A stretch of DNA of 64,000 nt from an uncultured Verrucomicrobiae bacterium. GTDB taxonomy: Bacteria > Verrucomicrobiota > Verrucomicrobiia > Limisphaerales > Palsa-1400. The position numbers were made by a program, and so were the translations under genes. The notes under the pieces were generated by a model. It searched no databases, was not told the origin of the DNA, and saw only the letters and a program-made list of their open reading frames with translations. The first letter of the stretch is position 1; each line of letters begins with the position of its first letter. Of the stretch, positions 39,799-48,502 are shown piece by piece. The DNA is taken from contig OY969763.1 of the NCBI GenBank assembly GCA_963702845.1, positions 1,952,001 to 2,016,000 on the forward strand, written 5' to 3'.

Positions 39799-41313
39799 GT
39801 CGGGGAGTTTGCCCTGTTTATTTAATGCTATAATCAGGCCAAGAATCTCCCCACAGGTTCGAGGTCTGTCACGTTGTGGGGGACAACCACTTATTTTATT
39901 CCGATTTGCGATCTCATGAAACGGAGATTGGAGCTTTAATTCTAGGTTTTTTGCCGTTGCCTGCCAGTTCGAGGTAAGAGTTTTGAGCATTTCACGTTTT
40001 TCTTCTGGGATTGCCATTTGGTAGCTCAACCAAGCGTTTCCTGCCAGTTCGAGGAATTTTTCTACGCGACTCATATTTCGCCCGTTCGAGCGTTCACAGC
40101 GCGCTAGTTGTTCTTCAAATGTTTTCTGTTCAAGGAGCAGAGCCTTTTTCTTTTGCTCAAAGAGTTCTTTGTCTAACACCTGGTCTAAATAGGCGTCGGT
40201 CAGGCGACTGAGACGTTCTTTTGCTTGGCCTAGCTGCATTTTCAATGCCCCTAACTGGGCTTCACGTTCGCTCTCCCAGTTTCCCTTCAGGCGCTTAACT
40301 TCCGTTTTGAAAAATTCCTTTTCTTGATCGTTGAAAGTCATCAGTCGAATCAATTCTTCAATTGCCACGCTGATGTCTTCTTCTCGAAAGCTGGTTGCGG
40401 GACACGCTCGGGTGTGACAGCGATAGTAGGCATGGCCCTTTTGTCGCTCGCCGATGAGCGAGTATTCACATGTGGCGCAGCGAACCATCCTACGGAATAG
40501 GAACACATGACGCTGTGTTTTTGCGCCACATTTGCCCGAAAGAACCGCTTGGACGCGATCAAAGAGCGCTCTCGTGACTAGGGGCGCGTGAATGCCGGAG
40601 AATGTTTCGTCCGTTTTGCGTATGCGGATTAAGCCCATGTAAAACGGGTTGTTAAGTATAACTGACAGGGAATTCCTGTTGACGCTTCCGCCCTTGCGTT
40701 GCCGCAGTCCACGTTTTTCTAACTCGATGCGCAGGGCCTCCAACGAAAAGCGCCCGCTTCCGTAAAGTTCAAAGACTTGGCGGACAAGCGGCCCCATAAC
40801 CGGATCAATGGTTTTTGGCTGTGCTTTTCCGCGGTCAACATAACCAATCGGCGCTTGAAGCGGATATAAGCCTTGTTTCAGGCGGCCATAGAAACCTTTG
40901 CGGGTCTCTTCGCGTAGGTTGCGAATGTAGTCAGCGGCAACTACTGCCTGGATGTCGGCGGAGAGCCGCCCGCCTCGTGTTTGTAGGTCAATGCTTTCAT
41001 TAACAAAGTGGACTTCAACTCCTTGATCTGAAAGTTCACCGATTGCTGCCCAATCGCGCAGGTTACGCGCGCCACGATCGAGCTTGTGAAGAATGATTCC
41101 TTGAGCTTTACCGGTGCGCAGAAGTTTCAGTGCCTGGTTGAACACCGGACGGCCTTGTTTTGCTGCGGTTTCCATTTCCTCGAGCCATGTCGTGATTGTG
41201 AACTGGTGCTGGTTTGCGTAGCGAGAAATAGCGTCTCGCTGTTCCTGAAGCGACACGCCTTGCGTCCCTTGTTTTACGGTGGAAACCCGTATGTAGCCGA
41301 TATATCCCTGCAT
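39742..41313 (-). CDS. Large serine recombinase (resolvase + recombinase + Zn ribbon + coiled coil)
   Basis: YIRVST catalytic Ser, LDRGARN, APIGY, LNNPFY.G, CATC/YYRCHTRAC; intact 523 aa. Confidence 0.95.
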   Translation of the reverse strand: MQGYIGYIRVSTVKQGTQGVSLQEQRDAISRYANQHQFTITTWLEEMETAAKQGRPVFNQALKLLRTGKAQGIILHKLDRGARNLRDWAAIGELSDQGVEVHFVNESIDLQTRGGRLSADIQAVVAADYIRNLREETRKGFYGRLKQGLYPLQAPIGYVDRGKAQPKTIDPVMGPLVRQVFELYGSGRFSLEALRIELEKRGLRQRKGGSVNRNSLSVILNNPFYMGLIRIRKTDETFSGIHAPLVTRALFDRVQAVLSGKCGAKTQRHVFLFRRMVRCATCEYSLIGERQKGHAYYRCHTRACPATSFREEDISVAIEELIRLMTFNDQEKEFFKTEVKRLKGNWESEREAQLGALKMQLGQAKERLSRLTDAYLDQVLDKELFEQKKKALLLEQKTFEEQLARCERSNGRNMSRVEKFLELAGNAWLSYQMAIPEEKREMLKTLTSNWQATAKNLELKLQSPFHEIANRNKISGCPPQRDRPRTCGEILGLIIALNKQGKLPDLATAMGCGENSDSDTVWN

Positions 41314-41324
41314 GAAATTTGCTG

Positions 41325-41531
41325 TTACCCGGAAGGCGGGGTACAGGGTAACGTACCGGTACCAGCGGTCAACTGGCCCTTCTGTGGATTGGATTCGATG
41401 CGTTCAAAAACGCGCAACACGAGAGCCAGATACCGATGCAAGCTGTCCTCAGCTTGGCGCAATTCGTCTTCGCTTAAATCGGGATACAATTCACGAATTT
41501 GTGGAGTGGTTTTGTCCACGTTTAATGGCAA
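41325..41531 (-). CDS. Small accessory protein upstream of the recombinase
   Basis: IRELYPDLSEDELRQAEDSLHRYLALVLRVFERI; co-oriented with the recombinase. Confidence 0.65.
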   Translation of the reverse strand: MPLNVDKTTPQIRELYPDLSEDELRQAEDSLHRYLALVLRVFERIESNPQKGQLTAGTGTLPCTPPSG

Positions 41532-41537
41532 AGCACT

Positions 41538-41711
41538 TTAGTTGTCGTTCCCGCCCTCCTTTTTCGCGTTAAAGACGACTCCGAAGAACCGTAGCAAACG
41601 CACGGCCATTTTCTGCACCTGTTTGTCCGTAAGCAAAATCCCGAATACTTCTTTATAAGCGGCCTTGAACTCCTCGATAGCCTCGCGACCCAGTTGTTGT
41701 TGTGTTTTCAT
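41538..41711 (-). CDS. Small accessory protein (57 aa, below ORF-track cutoff)
   Basis: MKTQQQLGREAIEEFKAAYKEVFGILLTDKQVQKMAVRLLRFFGVVFNAKKEGGNDN*; resembles the N-terminus of 33831. Confidence 0.65.
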   Translation of the reverse strand: MKTQQQLGREAIEEFKAAYKEVFGILLTDKQVQKMAVRLLRFFGVVFNAKKEGGNDN

Positions 41712-41792
41712 GTGTCCACATTAACGCGTGGAAAATACCCCGCCCAGACACGGCGGTATGCCGAATTCGACAACTTGTTCATTATCGTATGC

Positions 41793-41821
41793 TTGACAGA
41801 ATTATGAATATGTGTTATAAA
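41793..41821 (+). promoter_or_regulatory. Near-consensus sigma70 promoter
   Basis: TTGACA-N17-(TG)TATAAA. Confidence 0.7.
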
Positions 41822-41951
41822 CCCACACTGACTGCGCCGGAATGCGCGGGTTTTTGTTTATAGGACTTGCCGAAAACGGCAAATGGCAGTGTCTGGGCGG
41901 ATAGGCCCAAGCTGCGTAATCTTCATCCTGAACTCTCAGGGAGTTTTCACT

Positions 41952-42311
41952 ATGGCTTCTCGTCGTCTTTCAAATTACCTGGTCTCAGAAAGGAAGCGCC
42001 TTGCTCTTTCACAAGAGGAGGTGGCTTTCATGCTGGGTAAAAAGACAGGAGAGCAGGTATCGCGTCATGAGTGCTTCTCGCTGGTGCCGACGCTCGAGAC
42101 CGCGCTCCAATACGAAGCGATATACAAAAAACCGGTCAGCGAACTGTTCGCCGGGCTGTTTGATAACGCGCAAGCGGATGTTGCTGATCGCGCGGAACTA
42201 TTGTCAAATCGCGAGCGAAGGACAAAGGGAAAGGAGCGGAATGCCATAAAGAAGCAGCTGTTTGAGGGTCTCGCCTTCGGGGAAATTCTGAAAAATCATG
42301 GGCAAAAATAA
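41952..42311 (+). CDS. XRE-family HTH protein
   Basis: NYLVSERKRLALSQEEVAFMLG....VSRHE....PTLETAL. Confidence 0.85.
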   Translation: MASRRLSNYLVSERKRLALSQEEVAFMLGKKTGEQVSRHECFSLVPTLETALQYEAIYKKPVSELFAGLFDNAQADVADRAELLSNRERRTKGKERNAIKKQLFEGLAFGEILKNHGQK

Positions 42312-42827
42312 ACACCAACTTCAACGTGTTCTCGGGCTCGCCGTTTCGAGTCGCGGCTTTGGCTATGCGCTCTTTGAAGGAGAGAAATTGGTCAATTGGG
42401 GCTTTGCCTCAACTAAACAAAAGCAGAATGTCAACGCGTGGTGTGCAAAGCGGATCGAGAGAATGGTTAAACAGTATGAGCCGGATGTGATTGTAATCGA
42501 AAGCGTATTTGCAAACGGTGCTGTCCGTTCGCCGCGTGTTCGCCGGCTTGCGAAACAGATTGAAGTGATAGCAGGTAGACGACAGTCGCGCGTTAAATCA
42601 TTTTCGAAACTTCACGTGATCAAATCCGTCTGCGGAACCGTATCAGCGACGAGGCACGACATGGCTGACAAAGTTTCCAAACTATATCCAAACGAACTCT
42701 CATTTCGTTTACCCAAGCGGCGCGGAACCTCGTATCCGAAGACCGTCGTATTCGCATGTTTGAGGCTGTGGCTTTAGCACTTCTCGTAGTAAAAGGACGA
42801 AGCTGCACGCCTGTGGATGATTTTTAG
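42298..42827 (+). CDS. RuvC/RNase H-fold protein, 1-nt frameshift at ~42730
   Basis: VLGLAVSSRGFGYALFE, PDVIVIE; the shifted frame gives SEDRRIRMFEAVALAL. Confidence 0.65.
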
Positions 42828-43079
42828 TCGGTTGCTGAACTGGGGGCGAAGTGAAAATAGCGCACAATTTTTATGTTTTTCGTTTTTGTGCTTGCTGGAA
42901 AAACCTACCAGCGTATAAGGGTTCCCACTAAATTAAAGTTCGCAACCAAAACGAAAGTAAAGCCAACAAAAACAACAACCAAAGAATCCGTTTCTGAATT
43001 CGGTCTGACGCCCCAAACAACGCTGCGGTTTCCACTTACGGGCTTCTTGAGCTGATCCATTAACGGTGGTTCTATTTCT

Positions 43080-45734
43080 ATGAAATTTGGAGCGTTTCTT
43101 ACCACACTGATCCTTTCTGTCTTCGGTTTCCACGCCGCTAATGCTGATGTCGTTGTTGGCGGAGCTGCAGTCGTACCTGCGATTTGGTCGCAACCTTTAA
43201 GCCAGACGACCGGATTCGGGACTGACGTGACTTTCACAGCCGGTGTCACTGCGGACAGTCCGACATACCAATGGTTCAAGAACGGAGCGCCTCTCGCCGA
43301 CTACAACAACATCGCGGGATCGAGCTCGGCCATGCTTCATGTCGTTGGCGCGGCGCTTGATGACGCGGGAAGTTACAGCCTAATCGTGACGAGCGCGGCG
43401 GGGCTTTCCAGCACCAGCACTGTTGCGACGCTATCAATTAACCAAAAACTCGTCTTCGCAGACGATTTCGAAAGTGGGCTGGCCAACTGGAAGGCGGGCT
43501 ACGATTCAGTAATGTTGAATTGGGATACGAATGTTAACCATACGCCTGGCGGCACCAGCTCGGCATTGGCGTCGGGAAAACCGAGCAGAATGCATCATAG
43601 CCTGGCAAAGAAACTGCACGGTCGACTGCAACTCTCGTTCTGGATGTATGACGACGGAGTGAGCAAGATGGCTGTAGGAGAGGTCTGTGGCTATTCGGGC
43701 GAGAATGGCTATGGTCGCTACGCCATTCACGACGGATTCGGCCTGATCCAGTCACTGGGCATTGGTTACCGTTCCTTCACCGGAACGAACGTTGAGGCGC
43801 GCGCCGAACAATTGGATGCGACGAAGTATCAGGCACATGTTTTGCGAGGACCGGGACATGGCTGGTTCAACCTGAGTGCGCCTGGAGCGCCGACCCGGTC
43901 CCGCGGCTGGCATAAGTTTGAGATACGGCGGTCGAAGGACGAGCACATTATCGACTTCTACGTCGACGGTGTTCTTGGTCGGCGAATCCGCGAGGCGCGG
44001 TCTGCGGACCTCGACACCATTATCGTGGGATCGTGGGGAGCACTGGGGCAAGGGGACGGGTCGGGAGCAACTGGAGTCTGCAGCTTTGATGACATTGCGC
44101 TTGAGGCGTATCCCGCTACGTTCGACTACGAATCATCGGCACAGAGTGGTCCCGTGCCCACGATCATGCAGCTTCGGGAAACCGGCACGAACGGGGCAGT
44201 TTCCGGCGTCACTGCGGTTACGGCTGTGGAACTGGCTGGCTCGGCCGCACAAGCCATAGCCGGCAAATGGGAAGCGATAAGCACGGGCATGCTCGCGACA
44301 GACGTTCGCGGACAACTTGCGTATTCGATCACCGTTCCGTCAGACGACGTATACCGCATTGAAATCGAAGGTCGTGAAGAGTCCGGACGCATGCCCGAAG
44401 TAGATTTACCGCTCAACGTGTCGATGGACGGAGAATATTTGGGCCATTTCAATTTGGAGTATCACAGGCAGACGAGCGGCCGCGTTCATTGTTTCACGCC
44501 GTTCATCCGAGCGGGAGTGCACAACGTGGTGATCGAATGGGACAACGCCCGTCCTCGCCGAGCGCTTTACCTAACTGCTGTACGCCTGCAATCGCTGCCG
44601 AGTTCTGTCGTCGCCAACAACGGTATTAAGCAGTGGGTCGTTAATAGATTGTCGGCTGAATGCGGACTGGAAGTGATTCCCCGAGCAAGCAAGGTTTCTC
44701 CAGTCTGCATCGAAGGCCGGGCGCGCTATCATAAAAATATGACCGTGCTGGCGGGCGAGCAGTATCCGCTCGCGCCAGTGACAGCCCATCACGGTACGGG
44801 ATATCGCTGGTATGCGAACGTTCCGTTGTCCGCTACGAACGTGACCGCAGTGGAAGTCTCGTATCAAAGCGGAGTTGTATCCGAAACCAACACCATTGTG
44901 TGGGAGCCGACGGACGTTCTCACGGAAGCCGATATGCAGATTCGAAAAGGAGATTCACTAATCTTCAACGCGGTTCCCGCAGGTGTTTCAAACGGCACGT
45001 TCAGGATCAGCATCAATTCGCAAAGCATCAATGCTGACGCGTTGAGCGTGGTTCCGTACCGGTTTTCTCAGCCGGGCACCTACACTGTCACCGGAACGTA
45101 TCTGAATTCTGGCGCATCGCGCTCGATAAACGTGCATGTGATTGACGCTTCGCTGCCCCGCATTGTGGCGGTGGTGGGATGGCGAGCGCATTGGTATTGC
45201 ACGAATCTGCCGCCTGAAGTCGTCATAGACAGCGATCCTCGAATATTACTCGGCACTCCGCAGGGCATACGTCCAAAGCGAGTTATTCAGAAGACCGCTG
45301 CGCCTGCTGCGCCGCAGGGTGAAAACGCACGTGATTTCAACATTCGCAACGCCTCGACTGAAGAACCTCGGTATGTCGTGGCGCGATTGGGAACGAATGG
45401 TCCGATCATGGCCAGCGCGACTATACAGGGTATCAAGTTTGCCATTCCACCTGAGACGCAGCTGCGAGTGATGGACCGTAAAGAGGATGGCACGCAACTC
45501 ATCGAAGGTACGTATCTCGTCAATCCGATGCTGCCGACGCTGACTGTCGGTTTCCGAATCGCGACTGCCGGAGTGACTTTCGATGACGGCACGGTCCAGA
45601 AGCTTTTGACGCCGACAGACTTCGACGGCCTGGGTCTTTGCAGGCTTCGTTTCGTGCGAAGCACGGGCGTTCAGGGAAGCGTCTGTCACGACATGCAGGT
45701 GTACGAGAATGGCGTTCTGATCAATCACAAATGA
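43080..45734 (+). CDS. Secreted Ig-domain / beta-sandwich protein (RHS module 2, gene 1)
   Basis: Signal peptide ANA-D; TYQWFKNG...DAGSYSL; full-length paralog of 10918. Confidence 0.9.
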   Translation: MKFGAFLTTLILSVFGFHAANADVVVGGAAVVPAIWSQPLSQTTGFGTDVTFTAGVTADSPTYQWFKNGAPLADYNNIAGSSSAMLHVVGAALDDAGSYSLIVTSAAGLSSTSTVATLSINQKLVFADDFESGLANWKAGYDSVMLNWDTNVNHTPGGTSSALASGKPSRMHHSLAKKLHGRLQLSFWMYDDGVSKMAVGEVCGYSGENGYGRYAIHDGFGLIQSLGIGYRSFTGTNVEARAEQLDATKYQAHVLRGPGHGWFNLSAPGAPTRSRGWHKFEIRRSKDEHIIDFYVDGVLGRRIREARSADLDTIIVGSWGALGQGDGSGATGVCSFDDIALEAYPATFDYESSAQSGPVPTIMQLRETGTNGAVSGVTAVTAVELAGSAAQAIAGKWEAISTGMLATDVRGQLAYSITVPSDDVYRIEIEGREESGRMPEVDLPLNVSMDGEYLGHFNLEYHRQTSGRVHCFTPFIRAGVHNVVIEWDNARPRRALYLTAVRLQSLPSSVVANNGIKQWVVNRLSAECGLEVIPRASKVSPVCIEGRARYHKNMTVLAGEQYPLAPVTAHHGTGYRWYANVPLSATNVTAVEVSYQSGVVSETNTIVWEPTDVLTEADMQIRKGDSLIFNAVPAGVSNGTFRISINSQSINADALSVVPYRFSQPGTYTVTGTYLNSGASRSINVHVIDASLPRIVAVVGWRAHWYCTNLPPEVVIDSDPRILLGTPQGIRPKRVIQKTAAPAAPQGENARDFNIRNASTEEPRYVVARLGTNGPIMASATIQGIKFAIPPETQLRVMDRKEDGTQLIEGTYLVNPMLPTLTVGFRIATAGVTFDDGTVQKLLTPTDFDGLGLCRLRFVRSTGVQGSVCHDMQVYENGVLINHK

Positions 45735-46630
45735 GCCGGTCTCTCGTCATCCGTTGTTTGCTAAGCCTGCATGTCTGCGCTGCGGGAGTGCTTCCTTGTC
45801 GGGCGCTTGAGCAGTTGTCGACCAACTTTAACGGCCAGGCTCTTTCGGTGCGCGTCTTAGCGAAAAAACTGGCCTCAACCGACAATCGCAAGGTGTGGCT
45901 TATTTGTGACAGCGACGCTGAGATAGGCGTTCGGCTTGATGCTGCGCGCACACTGGGTAATGAACTGAAAACGGCAGATGTCCGGGCCTTGTATGATTTC
46001 CTAAAAGCTCACCCCGACCGTTCGGAGCGGAATCTCGCCGGCTTGCGGTTTCTTAAAAATGAGGTTTTCGGAACGTTAATAGAGCAGACCGTCCCGCCCG
46101 CGGGGCTGGCCGAAGCCATGGCTGTGGTGTGGGCGGATCATGAGCAGGACATCGTCGCGCGAGACTATGCAATTCAACACATGGCTGTTTGGTACGATGA
46201 CAATCCCGAACGAAAGGATTCCGATCGGGCGCTGATTCGCGACGTGCTCCTGCGGGCTGCGCACGAGCAAAGCAGCCTGGCCGGAACGGCTCTTATCGGA
46301 CTGCATCATGTCTCGGCATTTGATTCCGACATTAAGAGCCGAACTGTAGATGACCTCGCGTTCCAAATGGCAGCTTCAATTTCTATGCCGGATACCGCCA
46401 GGATTACCGCAGTGCAAATCTGCGCACAACGCCGAATTGTCGCGGCGACTCCGGTAATCGAGCAGATCTTGAAGGACTCACAGAACCCTACGTTGCGTCT
46501 TTCCGCCATGTCCGCATTGAACACGCTTCGCGGGGCAACGGGCGGTTACAGCGACATCGAGCATGGCGCGCTCAGCGATTTTTCCGCTCGATCTCGGAAC
46601 CAACAACGTCAGGACTCAACACCGTTCTAA
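45731..46630 (+). CDS. Exported HEAT-repeat-like protein (module 2, gene 2)
   Basis: ARDYAIQHM, ARITAVQI; ATGA overlap with the upstream gene. Confidence 0.8.
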   Translation: MSRSLVIRCLLSLHVCAAGVLPCRALEQLSTNFNGQALSVRVLAKKLASTDNRKVWLICDSDAEIGVRLDAARTLGNELKTADVRALYDFLKAHPDRSERNLAGLRFLKNEVFGTLIEQTVPPAGLAEAMAVVWADHEQDIVARDYAIQHMAVWYDDNPERKDSDRALIRDVLLRAAHEQSSLAGTALIGLHHVSAFDSDIKSRTVDDLAFQMAASISMPDTARITAVQICAQRRIVAATPVIEQILKDSQNPTLRLSAMSALNTLRGATGGYSDIEHGALSDFSARSRNQQRQDSTPF

Positions 46631-46643
46631 TCGAGTACCACGC

Positions 46644-48491
46644 ATGAATAAAATAGCATTAGCAGCAATCGTCACATTGCTGGCCGTTCTTCGGTCTGAG
46701 GCGCGGCTTCCAAATGGTTGCGCGTATGATAGGAGCACCAACTGCACCGTTGAGCCAAGCTTCGCGCTGTCACTTGCCGCGCCAGCTGGCGGCAATACCT
46801 GGCCTATCTACAACTACGGCGACACGGTTAATGCCAAAGCGTTAATCGTGACCAATTGGGGCGAACTTACGATCTTCACGACAAACGAAGACTGCTCTTG
46901 GTTTCCGACGCTGGTTCTCACCAACTCGCACGTGGTATCGTCTTCCTGGATCGCGGTCGGACCCGATTCGAGCTATACGAACACTGGCTCCGGACTGACG
47001 GCGAGCTTCACTGCTACGCACGGCGTCGGCGTCGGCGATATTACTTTTTATCTGACGTTCAGCAATAGTTTGCCATGTACGAACCTTCAGGCGACTTCTC
47101 TCCACGTTCATTACCAAGCGCAGACCAACGACGTGATCGAAGGCAATTGCGCGAGCGATACCCCGGTGCTTCTCAGCGCCTGGGGGTTTGACCCGCCGTT
47201 ATCGCTGTGGTCGGGCGAGAGTAACGCTAATGACAGCGTAGGGACATATAACGGGACGTGGATCGGCTCGGCTAGTTATACGAACGGGATTGTGGGGGCA
47301 GCATTCTATTTTAACGGCAGCAGTTACGTGTCATGTGGCACAAATGTAGGCAACTTTGGGACCAACGATTTTACAATTGATTTTTGGGTCAAGACGACAC
47401 AAACCGGCTCATCATACATTGTCGGCAAGCGTCCCATATGCAACCTCGCCAATTTGTGGAATGTCCGCATGGTTGACGGTCACCTTTATCTTGAATCGAT
47501 TGAAAATACCTCTGGCTATGCGTTTACGACGCTCATTTCTGATTCCACCGTCAACGATGGGGTGTTTCATCATGTGACCATCACGCGAGATGGCGCGTTG
47601 CAGGCTATATACATCGACGATGCATTTGACAATGCAATCGAATCGGATGCCATCGCCAATCTGAACAATAATGTGGAACTATGGGTCGGACATAATGTCT
47701 GCGGCGGCAGCTTCGTTGGCGTTGTCGACGAACTCAGCATTCTTACTGGCAGTGCCAGTCCTTGGGTTGGCAGTCGTGGGCAAGGCCCTCTTGTTATTAC
47801 GAACATCCAGCAGAGGCCGAGTCCGTGGGGCAACAGTCTTCAAGTGGACAGTTCGACGAACGCCAGCTTGAGCTATCGGTATTTCGATGAAGACGGAATC
47901 GCGAACATCAACTGCAAGTCCGGTGCTGTACGATTTTGGATAAAGCCGAACTGGAACGGCGGAACAGGCCCTGGTAGTCCCGGCAGACTGATCGAAATGG
48001 GCGACACCAACTCGACCAGCGGCTGGTGGTCTCTTTCGGTGAACTCTTCCGGAAATCAGATTTCGTTCCAAACCAAGTCCAACGGAAATCTCACCACCTA
48101 TTTTACACAGTCGATCAGCGACTGGAATTCCGGCTATTGGTACCACATCGTCCTCAACTACGCGGCTGATCAAACCGCGCTTTACACAAACGGCATCTTG
48201 GCGCAGACGGGGATCGGACTCACGAATTACCCGACCTTAGCCACTCGTGAGGCGTATGGCTTCAGTATAGGCAGCGACCACTCTGGAGCCAATCGTTCTG
48301 CTTCGAGATTTGATGAGTTCGCCACCTTCTGCGCCCCTCTGAGTGCAGAGGACATCCTGGATGACTATGTCAACGGTCTGATGAGTTCAACCGTGGGGGT
48401 TGGAACCGGTATTCCCGATTGGGATACCTACAACCAACTGCACGCCACAACCAATAACGGAGCACTCGAAGTGTTTACTCCGTTGAAGTAA
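46644..48491 (+). CDS. Secreted LamG double-domain protein (module 2, gene 3)
   Basis: Close paralog of 14516; identical C-terminus ALEVFTPLK. Confidence 0.88.
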   Translation: MNKIALAAIVTLLAVLRSEARLPNGCAYDRSTNCTVEPSFALSLAAPAGGNTWPIYNYGDTVNAKALIVTNWGELTIFTTNEDCSWFPTLVLTNSHVVSSSWIAVGPDSSYTNTGSGLTASFTATHGVGVGDITFYLTFSNSLPCTNLQATSLHVHYQAQTNDVIEGNCASDTPVLLSAWGFDPPLSLWSGESNANDSVGTYNGTWIGSASYTNGIVGAAFYFNGSSYVSCGTNVGNFGTNDFTIDFWVKTTQTGSSYIVGKRPICNLANLWNVRMVDGHLYLESIENTSGYAFTTLISDSTVNDGVFHHVTITRDGALQAIYIDDAFDNAIESDAIANLNNNVELWVGHNVCGGSFVGVVDELSILTGSASPWVGSRGQGPLVITNIQQRPSPWGNSLQVDSSTNASLSYRYFDEDGIANINCKSGAVRFWIKPNWNGGTGPGSPGRLIEMGDTNSTSGWWSLSVNSSGNQISFQTKSNGNLTTYFTQSISDWNSGYWYHIVLNYAADQTALYTNGILAQTGIGLTNYPTLATREAYGFSIGSDHSGANRSASRFDEFATFCAPLSAEDILDDYVNGLMSSTVGVGTGIPDWDTYNQLHATTNNGALEVFTPLK

Positions 48492-48502
48492 CGATCCGCA
48501 AC

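Larger units (their letters stand above)
37913..39885. mobile_element. Putative cassette (1973 bp): spacer - nuclease gene - HTH - tail currently fused to the recombinase
   Basis: Same junction sequence at both ends; the right junction lies inside the recombinase ORF. Confidence 0.7.

Noticed and set aside
36077..39885. CRISPR array or classical integron attC array
   Set aside because: Repeats are 160-290 bp and separated by genes. No cas genes, no tyrosine integrase and no attC R/L box structure.
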